A stretch of DNA of 64,000 nt from NCBI GenBank assembly GCA_017654855.1, contig CM030334.1, positions 1,736,001-1,800,000 of the forward strand, written 5' to 3'. The notes below the pieces were generated by a model. The model was not told the origin of the DNA, ran no database searches, and saw nothing but the letters and a program-made list of their open reading frames with translations. Every line of letters begins with the position of its first letter. Position 1 is the stretch's first letter. This DNA is from Podospora anserina (Eukaryota). The translations under genes and the position numbers were made by a program. Below, one piece after another: positions 1 to 12,489 of the stretch.

Positions 1-789
1 CCCCTCCACCTGAACAAGTAGCCGTCATGTCTGGTCCTACTGCCGTCATTGCTCCAACAGCCGGCATGATGGACAATGGAGAGACGGCCGACGGAAGAAA
101 AAAGCGTGAGCTTTCCCAGTCTAAACGCGCCGCCCAAAACAGAGCCGCACAGGTGAGTTATCCTCCCGTTTCGTGAACCAATTGTTGCCTGCGACTTGTA
201 ACAACAAGCTTGGCGATCAATTTTACCCCTTACCTTACGTAAACAGTGCTGACTGATCAATGAACAGCGAGCATTCCGCCAAAGAAAAGAAGGCTACATC
301 AAGAAGCTTGAGCAGCAGGTTGCGGAATTCAACCAGATGGAGGAGAGCGTCAAGGCGATGCAGGCCGAGAATTTTCAGCTGAGGGAGTACATCATCCACC
401 TACAGTCGCGGTTGCTAGAGAGTCAAGGGAGTTTCCCGCCGCCGCCGGAGAATATCAGTCTTGCTCATCCTAGCAGTGTTCAGGGGAGAGCTCCTGAGGG
501 TGGTGCTGCGGGTGCGGTTCAACCGCCGCCGGGGGCTGCTCAAGGTCAGCAGCAGCCAGTGCCGGCGCCGAATCCCCTGGAGGTTGCCGCGCAGGCCGTT
601 GCGGGGTTGAGTAGGACTAGTGAGCAGGGCCATAGAGGGGGGCAGCAAGTGAATGATCCGTACGCCGGGTTGAGGGCTGTGGCGGCGATGAGGGGGGAGG
701 GGGAAGATGTTAGCACTACGGAGGAGATTACGAGGCAGTTGCAAGGGGAGGGGGGGCAGGAGGGGAACCTGCCTGGGGCTGCTATGTAG
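1..789 (+). CDS. kapC: bZIP transcription factor, KapC-like (5' end probably upstream of the window; intron 153-267)
   Basis: Splicing GTGAGT(153)..CTGAC..CAG(267) yields KRELSQSKRAAQNRAAQ|RAFRQRKEGYIKKLEQQV, a basic region plus zipper typical of fungal KapC. TAG stop at 787-789. Confidence 0.8.
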
Positions 790-1967
790 AGACTGGTCGC
801 AGCGGTGATGGATGGAGAGGGGATGGATGGGGGTTTGGGTGAGGATGAGGGGGGTGGGAAGAAGAAGGTTAGAAGAGGCAAAAGGAAAGTCGGGGGGGGT
901 ACATACGTAATGTTTTTCTTGTTTGGGTTTTGTCTCGAGCGTTGGAGGTTGTTTGATATTGTTTGAGATGGTGAGGTGCTTTTTAGTACCCTGAGCGAGA
1001 AGCTTCTTCTTTGATATATGGTTTAGTTCCTGTTTGGTTTCTTTTGGGCGTTGGGTTTGCAAGGGGTGAGGAATTTGCGGTGTTGATTTTCTTAGCGGGA
1101 TGCCAGACGAGCTACCAGTAGCCTTTGGGGTGAGATACCTTAGTTAGGTAGATTTCTCGTTTGGGGGCTTGTGGGATTAGTGTCGAGAATACTGATTTTA
1201 TAATTATCATGATTTTTCTTATCTGCTATGTGATGATGTGTTTTGTTTGGGGAAGGAAAGTTATGGGGAGCATCTTAACTTGAAAATAAATGGCATTGTA
1301 AAAGTAAGGTAATGTGTGTGTATTAGATCATGAACTGTGCCTCAAATGAAAACCAACAGGTCTGTTCGCTCTACCTTTCAAGTCCTATTCTTGTTTCAAA
1401 AGGATACAAGTTAACAATAATCATATGTTATATTGACCTGTGATGCCGGTTATTTTGTTGGAAGCGTGCCCGGTGGAAGTCACGCATGCAATTTTGAGGA
1501 CATAAAAACCATTGCGGTGTTTGAAGTTTTGTAATTTTCTACTTCCCCTCTCTTCTCGCCCTCGAATCTCCAACCAAGAAAAAAAAATAGGTATCACAAC
1601 TCTGTCGCCCTCTAGGCGCTATGAGGAATAGAATTAGAACACAAAGTAAAACAAACCCAAAAAGAATAAAAAAATTCCAAATGCTTGCTTGCTTTGCCCG
1701 GTGGTGGTGGGCTGGTTTCGCCAACCCCTTTCCAAAACCCAAATCCAGTCCCAGTAGAATCGAATATTTACACAAATGAAATCTCTTTCCCCCTCCAACT
1801 CGCTGAAATGGTCGTCATTGTTGTCGTTGTGTGGTAGTGTGCTCTAAACCGCCCTGTCCCAGACAGGCAGCGGTGTTCATCCTTCAAAAGGACCAAAAGA
1901 TTGTCAAGAATTGAAAGATATATCCCCTCTAAATGAATGTACGAGTTGGTCCCTGCCTTTTGTTCCC

Positions 1968-4115
1968 CTAAGGATCAACAACCTCCACCAACTCACTCCT
2001 CCTATTCTCCCCCCCGTTCACCACCATCGGCACCCCAAGTTTCGTCCCCCTCTTCAAAATCTCCACCTGAACCCTCCCCCCTCCCACCGTCGCGCTCCTC
2101 CCCCTTATCGCCCCCGACTTTGCAGAACTCGACATTGTCGCCCCTTGCCCGAGCGGCCGGAGCATATTCCTCTGTTGTCGGGAGATACTAATCTGTCTCG
2201 CTATCGAGATTTCAACTGCTGCCTTGAGAGCAACGTCGTCTTCTTCCACTGGCGGCACTTTTGGCTTGTGCTCCAAGGGCCGTAAAGTATCGAGGGAGGG
2301 ACTGGTAGTTACTGACGAGACAGCCGACTGCTTCGAGCTATCTGACGAGGAGGCGGTGGAGGAGGGAGGGGAAATCATCGTCCATGTTGGCTCTGGCACT
2401 GCGGGGCGGAGCGGGATGGCAGTTACTGCTGCTCTGGCTGATAACGGCTCGTAATCCTCGTCGGCGAGGGAGGAGGTTGTGGCGAAGCTGGCAGGTGAGT
2501 CGAGGATGAGGGCCGAGTTATTGGGTCCAAAGTAGAAGGGGTTTGTTGTTGGTGGAGGTTGGCGGGGTGGGTTTAGCTGGGCTTGTTGCTGCTCACGGAG
2601 CTTTTCAACTTGAGCCGCACGGTTGATTTCGTCCATCGCTCGCGGCGAAACGATCCTGACTGTTTTGCGCTCTTTTTTCGCCGCCTCTGGTGAGCCTTCT
2701 TGGGTGCTGAAAAAGTTTGCTCTGGCTGGTGATGGGAGAACCGAAGGCGAGGTGTTGGATCGCTGAAGTTTCCGTGGTGGAGGAGCGAGCGAGTTGGTCG
2801 AGGACATGGCCTGGGGGAAGAGGGTGAATCCTGGAGATTTCATCGGTTGCGGGGATGTGGCACGCCGAGGTCGTATCCTTTCTTCTTCCTCTTGGTCCTT
2901 GATCGTCTTCAGCTTTTCCAACGTCGCTTGTCGTCTTTCCAATAACGAGGATTTGGACTGTGGTGATGTCGTGCCGCTGGGGTTCAAGACGCCGCTGAAC
3001 ATGATGCTGTAGCGTTCTAACCTGACGTCTGGGATCTCCAGGTCTAGCAACATGGGCGCTTTGGAGGGAGAGCTTCCCGGCAATGGCTGTAAGCTGTTCA
3101 ACTGCTCTTCTGTCCTTCTCAGGTCTTGTTGGGATGAGGTTTCCTTCAAAGTGTTGGACCTAACCACGATAGGCTTGTGTTTCGGGGCCTTTTTGCCGCT
3201 AACTGTTTTGCTTCTTGTCGGGACATTGTCTTCTGCAGGACCAGTAACCGTGATCGACACAGTACTTTGGTTTGCTTCGGCGGTCTCCATCGTCTTTGCT
3301 GGCTCGGCATGCTTCCTCCCAAATAACGACCCGAACAGCCTCCTCTTTTGAGTCTTCGTCCTTTGAACCGTGGGCTCTGACGTCTTCTGTACTGGCGGCG
3401 GTGATGGCGATCTCTGAACGTTTGCCTCGACCTGTGCCTGGTAGCCTATGTTCTGAGTGGAGCCATTCCAACTCCCAGCATAGCCGACAACCTGTGTGGG
3501 ACTACTCAAAGCCATACCGATGGGAATCTCCCCAGAGTGAAAAGACTCTGGCGTCATGACCCGAGAAGGAACTGAAAAGTTGGGTGCCGGTGATGGTGCT
3601 CTCATTCTGCCTGGACTAGACTCGGGTGTAAAGGGTCCAGATCCCTTGACGCCAATGATATATGGCTGGAGCCCCTTGCCCTTGGAGCCCATGTTCAAAG
3701 CCATGTCGTCCCTGGACTGTCGTTTGTCAAAATTTGGTCTTGAGCCAGCAGCCGCCTTGCTGGATGGTCCTGAAGAGGTGCTTGGCCTCGCTGGCATGAC
3801 AGGCGGGACTGTGTTGACCGCCACGGCCGTAGATGTTTTGTTGGAGGGTGTTTTGGGCCGGGGAGGAATGGGGAGAGGACGGTCAAGATAGGGGTTCCGC
3901 CCTCCGGGAAACGCGATGGGGGGGATGTCTGCATTTTGAACAACTGGACGGCTGGGCTGTCTGGAGCTGGTGCTTGTTGTATCGCGCGGATCTGATACAG
4001 ATCCTGGTCCTTGGACTGTGGAGGGGCCCGTCGGACCGTGCGTTTCTCGACCGTCGACCTCAGCTCCTGCATCTTGGGCTGTTGAGGTGGCACGGCGCCT
4101 AGCCGCTTTCAACAT
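1968..4115 (-). CDS. Hypothetical Pro/Ser-rich protein, 715 aa
   Basis: Long uninterrupted ORF with ATG in GCCACCATG context. Has short conserved-looking motifs (LLDLEIPDVRLERYSIMF; AVEISIARQISISRQQR). No family recognised. Confidence 0.8.
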   Translation of the reverse strand: MLKAARRRATSTAQDAGAEVDGRETHGPTGPSTVQGPGSVSDPRDTTSTSSRQPSRPVVQNADIPPIAFPGGRNPYLDRPLPIPPRPKTPSNKTSTAVAVNTVPPVMPARPSTSSGPSSKAAAGSRPNFDKRQSRDDMALNMGSKGKGLQPYIIGVKGSGPFTPESSPGRMRAPSPAPNFSVPSRVMTPESFHSGEIPIGMALSSPTQVVGYAGSWNGSTQNIGYQAQVEANVQRSPSPPPVQKTSEPTVQRTKTQKRRLFGSLFGRKHAEPAKTMETAEANQSTVSITVTGPAEDNVPTRSKTVSGKKAPKHKPIVVRSNTLKETSSQQDLRRTEEQLNSLQPLPGSSPSKAPMLLDLEIPDVRLERYSIMFSGVLNPSGTTSPQSKSSLLERRQATLEKLKTIKDQEEEERIRPRRATSPQPMKSPGFTLFPQAMSSTNSLAPPPRKLQRSNTSPSVLPSPARANFFSTQEGSPEAAKKERKTVRIVSPRAMDEINRAAQVEKLREQQQAQLNPPRQPPPTTNPFYFGPNNSALILDSPASFATTSSLADEDYEPLSARAAVTAIPLRPAVPEPTWTMISPPSSTASSSDSSKQSAVSSVTTSPSLDTLRPLEHKPKVPPVEEDDVALKAAVEISIARQISISRQQRNMLRPLGQGATMSSSAKSGAIRGRSATVGGGRVQVEILKRGTKLGVPMVVNGGENRRSELVEVVDP

Positions 4116-6759
4116 GGTGGCCGTTTAACCCAGGAACCACTGCAACCACTCAGGGGCCCTGCAGGTCACTTTTGCTGCAGGAAGTCCCGGAGCTGGTCCC
4201 TGTCGACGGGGTAGTTTCGAAAAATATCGTCTAATTCACGGAGGGGTACCCGTTGGACGAATCGAGAAGGCAGATGGCCCTTTGTTGTTGTAGGGACGCC
4301 GCAGACGCCGGAGAACGAAAATACAGCCTCATTAAAGGCCAGCAGCCAAACAAGAGGCAGAGGCTCAGGAAGAGTCCTGAGTGGAAGACAACGGGAGATT
4401 ATCACCTACATATCTTTAGCCACTCATCTGTACAGGCCGTCCCAAGCAGCCATCCAGCCGCTTGTGTTTTGGGAAGCAGCAGCCTTGTTGAGCCTCGTGT
4501 CTGACACTCGACATTTTGAGCCTGAAGCCGTGTCAACATGTCGACGAGCGAATTTCGAGCCTTCTGACCACGCTGTCAGTCAGAGAAGGGCGGCGGTTAT
4601 TCTGGGTGAGGTTGATCGCCCACAGGGGTCGTGGACACACCGAGACCCCTGGGCAGCCCGTTGAGGGTTCATGTCCTGCAAAGGGCAGCACATCGTCCAT
4701 GCACCCCGGCATTCGAACGAACGATGAGGGGCCGCAACCGACCCATGCTGCGGGAGGACATCCTTGTCAGGCCCCGCTGCAGAATCTGTGTCTCAGAACT
4801 TCACCATCTCCCCCCTCCCCTCCTTTCGTGTGCTGGCTCTCCCCAGTCCCCGTGCCATCCGGCATCTTTGTCGTCGATATGTCGTTACACTGCTGGATGC
4901 AGGCGCGGAGCGATGGGCCGCCGACTCGACCATACAACTTCCGCGGGCCGCTCTCGAGACGGCCTGGTACTATACAGGCTCAATGTTGTGGACTACCTTG
5001 GTCATTTCCTGGTATAAGCCGCCTCCTCCATGCGTAGTTGGTCACCACATGAGCGTCTGTTATTTTGATGATGCCGATCCCAACTGTGAGACAACCCCTC
5101 TTTGGTTAGTTGGTGCTTGGGATGGTGGCTTGCTGCAGGAACAACAAAACTGCATGCGGCATCTGATGAGTTGGACATGTTGAAGAGAAATGATTCCGCT
5201 CCTTCAAGGGACACCAACACTAGCCTTCACTGCGGAGCCGGCCGTTTCTTCAAGACAACGACGCCAAGCCTGATATGTTCCGCATCGTAATCAAGATGGG
5301 CTTTTATTAGCGATTGCTACGAGTCAAATGTTTTGGTGCCATTGGAATAATTTGCTGTCTGAGCCGAGCTGACTACATTGGTAATATCGGGGCTCCTAAG
5401 AGTTAATGGCCTCAGTCATCATGCGAAACAGGCAAGTGGTGGCTTGACCGCTGAAGGGAAATTCATGATGTTTGTCGTTGGCCATAGCTGTGGAGACATG
5501 CTGTATCAAACATGCCAACTCGTTCATGCTTCAACAACCCAGTCGACAACGGCCATAAAGAAATTTGGCATCTTCGGACCGTGCGGGTGTTGCAGTGTCG
5601 TCTCGTCTGAAGTTGAAGTCGAAGTTGTCAAGTGCCAAGTATTGCCGAAGACTTTGTTTCGTAGTGACAAACAGGGTTAGACCGTAGAGCTACGTCTCAG
5701 AAATACATACGGCCCCGCCAACCTCGGACGGACGATCGCCTGGGGATGAGATTGAGAATGAAATGATTGCTGATGTCTTCGAGTAAGATTTTGGTGAAGA
5801 AGAGAAGGATTACCCGCTTGGATGGGTAAATCAGTTTCGATCTCGGGCTTCTAGAACATTGTTTGAGCAGCGGCGGCTTGCGTGATTCTTCATGATCTCC
5901 TTCTGAGCGTCTCGGATTTGTACCAGCACACACACATGTCTCGACTCTTTTGCTTCAGCGCGTTGGCTAAATAGAAGGTTGTTCAGCTGTGTCCAACTCG
6001 AGAGAATCGACAAGAAGGATGCGGCGGACAATGGTAGCGAGCTTCCTCCGGTGATGACGATGGCCCCTCGAATATCGGATAATGTCTCCAGAGAACAACT
6101 CACTCCGGTCTCCATTTTTGGAGTTGAGGATTTCTCTTGGCCGTAGCCACCGATGCGTCACGTTTGGGTCGTCATCCTAGTGGCATATCGCAGACCTTAT
6201 CGCAAGATGATCACAGCGGGCTGGGCTGTTTTCATGCTCAATTGAGCATATGAGGCGTGGTAACCGTCATTGGGTGGTCGGACAGAAAATGACAAAGAAA
6301 AAAGCTTTCTCGGATGCTCCCGCCGAATGTTGTGAAATTGCCGAGCCCGCCAGCACACATGAGGCTCCATTCAATCGAGGGGCTGCTGCAATCAGTTGCT
6401 TGAGTGACGACTGGTGGACCGCTCCCAACACTGGCGGTCAAAAAGGATAGTGTAGGTGGCTTACCTAATGCAAACTCAACGCTGCAGTCCCTCACTGTGG
6501 TAGGCTGGTGTGCTTCTCCCGTGCCCGTCTTCAGCAAAACGGCCTCCGCTGGCGGGGTAAATTGGAATGAGTGAAAGGCCCAGAAACCGATCGTCGTCGG
6601 CACCTGGAACCACCGAACAACTTCTTTTCGCGCGCCCCTCCCCCATCAACAACAACAACACCAACAACAACACAACACTCGCCCTAACATTGGCATCGTC
6701 TCTCCCTAATAAATCCCCTCACATCACCGAACCAGACACACAACAGCAACCTACACATC

Positions 6760-7547
6760 ATGTCCTGGCAAGGTACGTCGTTTTGTTTTAACCCGCGCGG
6801 AAGCAAAGCTTGGGGAAACAACCCCACCTTGGGATATTCAGGAGTCGGTTTAGCTAACCTTACCACCACAACAACAGCTTATGTTGACTCGAGGTACGAA
6901 CCACTACTTCACCATCCGGAACATCGATGCCCATAGAATCCCTCCTATTACCACAGTAATCTAACATTTCTCTTCCCCCCGCCAGCCTCGTCGGCTCCGG
7001 CCACATCGACAAAGCCGCCATCGTCAGCGCCGCTGGCGACAGCACTTGGGCCGCGACCCCCGGCTTCACCGTACGTTCTTCCCCTCCCCTATTCCAACAT
7101 CAACATGAACAACCCCTTTTCCCATCCTCCCCCCTCCCCCCTTTTACACACCGCTCCTCCTCCTCCTCCTCCTCCTCCTCCATCACCGCCTCACCCCTGC
7201 CACCACACCATCCCACCCCGAAAACCATCCCCCATTCTAACTCTCATGCCCAGGTCTCTCCCTCAGAAATAACCTCCATCATCTCCATCCTCAACGAAAC
7301 CGACAAGTCCAACGGCCCCGCCGCCACCAAGGCCTTCGCCGAGGGCATCCACGTCGGCGGAGAGCGCTACGTTGCCACCCGCAACGAGGACCGCCACGTC
7401 TACGGCCGCCAGGGGAGGACGGGCATCTGCATCGTCAAGACCAAACAGGCCATCCTCGTCGGCCACTACGGCGAGAACGCCCAGGCCGGCAACGCCACCC
7501 AGACGGTCGAGGCGCTGGCTGATTACCTGATTGGTCTTGGTTATTAA
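6760..7547 (+). CDS. PFY1: Profilin, 135 aa (exons 6760-6772, 6878-6893, 6986-7070, 7254-7547)
   Basis: Spliced product MSWQAYVDSSLVGSGHIDKAAIVS...GERYVATR...KTKQAILVGHY...VEALADYLIGLGY. Three GT-AG introns with CTAAC branch sites. Missed by the ORF track. Confidence 0.95.
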
Positions 7548-8328
7548 GTGCGGGAAAGACTGGTGGTGTACGAAAGCGGCGGTAGGTTGTTTGAAGAAAG
7601 GGAGGTTTATGACAATTCATATGAAGAAGATGGTTGATTAGAGATGGTGGTGGTGGGATGAGGAATGAGGGCAAGAGAAAGAAGAAGACGCCCCCTTTTT
7701 TTTGTTGAATCTCTCAAATGAATGTGCACAACTGGCTGGTTCGAGATGATTATATCGCTGTTGTTGATTGTGTTGGTGTAGCTGGTGCTGTGGTGGTGGT
7801 GCTGGTTGTCGATGCTTGTTACCTTTTGCAACCCCCTACTTAGCTAGGTCTATGTTCCCTATTTACGACTGAGAAGCTGATATCTCCTTTCCTGCTTCTC
7901 GCATCACTTGCAACGATTTCGAAACATATCAATGTGCTGAAAACACAAAGCGCGCCTGAGCCTCGTTGAATTCCTCATCTATAACACTCTTCTTATCCCT
8001 GTCCCATAAAGGGCCATTTTCATACTCCGTACAATCATAGTCGTACACAAGACAAACCCCTCCTTCCTCCTCCATCAATATTATCTATAACAGGGGAATA
8101 TTTTTCTTTTTCTCCCAACGCCTTTCCACCACCACCATTAAAACATCGCTATACCCCCTTTACTTTTCTCAACCCATTGATGGTACAGAGAGCTAAGTTA
8201 CCTGTCCAATCTTCGCTTGTTCCCATTACCACATGTTATATTCGTCGTCATGACAGTCATATCCCTCCTCTCCCGGAAGAAAAAAACCCAAACCTCACCA
8301 TATTAAAAAAAAGAAAAAAAAGTTGTAC

Positions 8329-8814
8329 TTACTCATCCCTACCAACGTTTACACAACAAGCCCCCCTCTTCACCCACCCAGTATATTTTTTAGGATTCCT
8401 CGAAAACGCCTCCAACAACTCCCGCCTCTTCTCCATCTTCCTCTTCTCCTTTTCAATCTCCCGACAAGTCAACTCCATCTCCCTCCGCAGTACCAATTGT
8501 CTAAGCCGCTCCTTGGCAAACGCCTCCACCTTCTGCCTCTCCTGTTCAGCAATCCAGTCCTCATAGATCTTCTTCGCCATCTCCACCCCCCGTTCCCTCT
8601 TTTCCTTCTCCATTTGTTCCACCACAGGCTTCATCCTCATCCACGTCTTCCTCCACTTCCTCCCCGCCTTTCTCACATCCCCTACATCAAGCGGATCTTT
8701 TCTTTTCACCACCTTGTCGTCCACCAGCTTGTCGTCCACCACCTCAACATGATCATCCTCCATTTTCTGTTGCCTCCTACCCCGTCGCTTAAACACCTGT
8801 AGGAATCCCATCAC
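8329..8814 (-). CDS. 161-codon charged coiled-coil ORF in frame with, and immediately after, the GOT1 TAG (candidate readthrough/edited extension)
   Basis: GTT TAG GTG ATG GGA... stays open to TAA at 8329. K/E/R-rich with a VVDDKLVDDKVV duplication. Confidence 0.5.
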   Translation of the reverse strand: MMGFLQVFKRRGRRQQKMEDDHVEVVDDKLVDDKVVKRKDPLDVGDVRKAGRKWRKTWMRMKPVVEQMEKEKRERGVEMAKKIYEDWIAEQERQKVEAFAKERLRQLVLRREMELTCREIEKEKRKMEKRRELLEAFSRNPKKYTGWVKRGACCVNVGRDE

Positions 8815-9358
8815 CTAAACAGGCAACTCAGCATTCCTCCTCGCCCCCAAGCCCGTCCTGTCAACCAACATGCCCACATACGGCCCAACAACGGGAATAT
8901 TCCTCGCAAACCCAAGAATCGTCCCCAAAAAGTCCCCAAACAGGATCAAAATCCCGTACAGCTCGATAAGAAAACCGATCAGAGGCCACCGGAGGAAAAT
9001 CAACGTCAGGCCGGAAAAGAAGGCGAGAGTTCCTTGGATTTTCTGTCGGCGGGCGAAAAATACGGCTGTTTTGGCAGGGCCGATGATGATTGTTAGGCCG
9101 ATCAGGAAGAGGATCTGGGGGCGAAGGGTTAGTGAGTGGTGGTGCGAAAGGGGAGAGGAAGAAGAAACGTACATTGCCCATTGCGAGCATGGCTCTGTCG
9201 AAGAAGAGGAGTACACCCCCTATGAGAAAGAAGCCGCCGCCTGAGCAGAAGGCCACTCCGACCTCTGGGGAGGTTTGTTAGTTACTACCTTGAGGGGTGG
9301 GTGGGATGTGAGGAGGGGGAGGGGGGAACGTACTCTGCGAGTCTGATAACCACATCAT
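8815..9358 (-). CDS. GOT1: Got1 family Golgi/ER vesicle transport membrane protein, 138 aa (exons 9358-9334, 9264-9173, 9114-8815)
   Basis: Spliced product [55 protein letters not shown]...LFGDFLGTI...IPVVGP. Two GTACGT..CAG introns. Confidence 0.93.
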
Positions 9359-10651
9359 CTTCTTGTCTCAACAACGTCTCTGCTTAATGATTGCACCAGC
9401 CAAGAGAGCTGTCCAGCACGCCACCACAGAATCGTGATGATGTGTCCCTAGCACCACGATGTGTTCCTCCGAACACGGTCTCCGAATTGCCTCCCCCACA
9501 CCTTGTGAGAGACTGCTCGGTCTGCTTTTTTGTTGACGTTTGTATCGTGCGTAGGAAGAATCCCGTTGGGTCGAGCGGAAAGTATGACAGGTGCTGCGGT
9601 TTCCTGATCCCGGCGGTGCTATCGTGGCGGTGTTCGGGGTGAATTTGGAGAAGGGTACAGTCGTCGTCAAGACGATGGTCGGCGATCGTTGGTGGTGTGA
9701 AGCCTTGAATCAAAGTATCGTTTTAGTCGGGCGAAAAGGGTAAGGTAAGTAATATCTGTCCTGTCGAGAAGAGGAATCAAAAAGCTGCTGCTGCCTAGCT
9801 CGCAATAGGTAAAACTGTGTTACAGATGATTCGTCGTGGTGTGTAAAGTGTCAAGAGTTCAAAAACACGAAAGCAGTTGGATGATGGATGGGAATAAGCT
9901 GCAACAGCAAGCGCAACGCAACAGCTTGCGACAGGAAGGGACAACGCCAAGAGGGACATTTCTTCAGGGGTTCTCTCGCAGACGGAAAGGGGGCCTAAGC
10001 ATTTCTTTCTCGTTGCGGCAGGCAGGGCCCTGGTTTGAAAGATGGAAATATGATTGGCTGATGACAAGACTCCACTCTTGGGAGCTGTTGGTCTTTTCTT
10101 GAATTTTTGAAGAAAGTTAAAATCATCTTTCTTGCATCGAAGAAACATCTGAGGATGGACCAAGCTGGTTGAGCAATGAGCAGCAACAAATACCCAAAGC
10201 CGACAGGATGATGTATTCTTGGGAAAAAAGACTGCCAGTACTGACAGACCTGTCAGCTCTTATTCCAATGGCCAAGGTTAATGACGGTAGGTATATATAT
10301 CTCGCTTTTCTCTCATGTCCCCCTCAACACAAAAACACATGCCGCGACGGCTCCCATCGCTCGTCGTTGGGAGCACCCCGAGTTTGGTAATCCCGATCCT
10401 TACCCGGAAGTCTGTCGATACTCAGGCAGAGAGCAACTGATCACGATTAAGCCGGGGCGTCAACTTGATACTCCTGTCGAGAGGCAGCGAGTTGCATAGA
10501 TGGGGCCTGACTTTGTTGGTCAAACAATTTATTATCTTGATATTTATGATTCTGTTGTGGAACTGCTGCCATGCCTTTGCCCTGCTTCCGTAACGCCGTG
10601 CCTCCCAATCATAAAACAAATGAACGCCATTCCCAACCACTGGTCCCGCTT

Positions 10652-11278
10652 CTATTTCAGTATCGTCTGAGCCCCTCTGGCTTCCAAGAATTGCTCCCCT
10701 ACACCATTGGGCAGAGATCGAATCATCCCAAACACCTCCCGGTTGTGATACTTTAGTCTCGTCTTGGGGTCAATGTATGGTGCTGGTAGACCAGTGACGT
10801 CGCAGTACCGCTTCTGTGGAGCTAGACTTGGAGCGCCTTCGATGTTGGTGTATGTTGGGATTGGGGCAGAGGACGTGGCTCCGTTGCCGTTTCCATTGAC
10901 TTGCTTGTTGTTGTTGTTGTTGTTGTTTAATGACTTCTCCAGCACCAGCTTCGACAAGCTCCTCGACGCCTGGGCGAGGTTGGGTTGAAGGCTGTTGCCG
11001 CCGCTGCTGGCGGGTGTAGACGTCCCACTCGTTGAGAGGCCGTCGTCGTTTTGGTCTTTTGGAGTCGCGGCGCCGCTGGCGTCTTGGGGGGTAGCGATCA
11101 CGGAAGCTTCCTTCTTTTGGGCGTCGCCGAGGATGGTCTTAATGTTCTTGTTGCGGCGCTGGTTGGGGCGCCAGTGTGGGTTGCGGAAGGTCTTGTGGAT
11201 GGAGTGGATGTCGAGTTGCTCGAGGAGGGCTGTGTGGGCTGCTTGCGCGGCGAGCACTTCGGGGTTCTGTGATGCCAT
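10652..11278 (-). CDS. IES6: INO80 complex subunit Ies6 (YL1 C-terminal domain)
   Basis: Motifs HKTFRNPHWRPNQRRNKNIK and TYTNIEGAPSLAPQKRYCDVTGLPAPYIDPKTRLKYHN. ATG at 11278. Confidence 0.9.
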   Translation of the reverse strand: MASQNPEVLAAQAAHTALLEQLDIHSIHKTFRNPHWRPNQRRNKNIKTILGDAQKKEASVIATPQDASGAATPKDQNDDGLSTSGTSTPASSGGNSLQPNLAQASRSLSKLVLEKSLNNNNNNNKQVNGNGNGATSSAPIPTYTNIEGAPSLAPQKRYCDVTGLPAPYIDPKTRLKYHNREVFGMIRSLPNGVGEQFLEARGAQTILK

Positions 11279-11561
11279 GGTTATGATGGTGATGCTGCAG
11301 AGCTGATGGGTGAGTGTTGGCGGGCTGTGATCAGCGATCAATGGCGAGCCAACTTCTGGAACAAGTGCTGGGAGCTTCAAGTGTTGGAACCTCTGCCGCG
11401 TCTGACCGCTTTTGCTGTTCGCACTGTTGACGCGCTCCAGAAAGCGTGCCCCGCCAAACACTTTGTGGGGGTGGGGCTGTACGTTATGCTTCGCCCATTC
11501 AAGTCATTATTACCACGAAAGCCATCAATTTTGGAGTGACAGAGCTGTGATAACCCTCAAG

Positions 11562-11997
11562 ATGGTACGTTCTCATATATATTGCCTTATGATATGGACT
11601 AACAGGCAACAGGAAAGTCCACACGAGCATCAGCAGAACCTCCTGCTGTCGCGCATTATCACCAATGTTGTAAGTCAACTCAGGTACATGGCAAGCAGAC
11701 AGCACATACTCATGGATATACAGGAGAAACTGAACGAGTCCATTCTTGTCATGAACAAGACCCTTCAAGTAGGACATCATATTCCAAAATCACTGCTTAA
11801 TATCAAGCTAATCGGCTGGTAGGACATCAACATTCAGAACATGAACATTGAGCTGGTAGCCCAAATGTTCAAGAATTACCAGTCCAATGTCCTTTTCCAT
11901 CTCGAGGGTAAGCTCTCATGATTTTAAAGGGTCACATGCAACTGTGAACTGTACTAACACCGGTACAGCTACGGACAACTTGAAAGACCCGGCGTGA
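11562..11997 (+). CDS. DAD4: DASH/Dam1 kinetochore complex subunit Dad4, 72 aa (exons 11562-11564, 11613-11669, 11724-11768, 11823-11907, 11969-11997)
   Basis: Spliced product [72 protein letters not shown] matches the Dad4 pattern. Four GT-AG introns. Confidence 0.92.
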
Positions 11998-12489
11998 AGT
12001 AACCTGCGAAGAGTTGCAATGGGTTGAGCAACAAGGCTAGTGTCCATGGCAAGCTCATCATGTTGATGTCAGGAAGCATTTTACAGCGGCGTTTAGGAGT
12101 ACTATATTTCTAGACTGTTCTGAGTGCCAAAGTCGATATATTCATCATCTATTGTCTTGATGACTTTCTGTAAGTGCCTACAACAACCGCACGGTGCATC
12201 TCCAAATTCCAACTGTATCAGCACGGTGCGGCGCGCATCCCTGACAGCTCCCGGCAGCGGCAAGCTCGAGGCGGATGGCGGCGTTGCGCACTGGACTTAC
12301 AACTTCCATCTTGCTCTTTGGCAAAGCAATAATATCTCTTTTATTAGCAACCAGTTTTCCAAGTACGTTATCATCCGGTCCAGAATCATACCAAAATCCC
12401 CTCGAGAATTTCTACCAAACTCGTCAACATCATCACCAGAAACCTTACGTTGCGCGCTTCCGTACACCTGCCATCTGCGACTCGCAGCA

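Noticed and set aside
4166-6700. Many short ORFs in the divergent region upstream of profilin
   Set aside because: Overlapping on both strands, with no codon bias or motifs I could recognise.
9368-10640. Several 60-120 aa ORFs between GOT1 and IES6
   Set aside because: No coherent exon chain or recognisable family; possible relic but unsupported.
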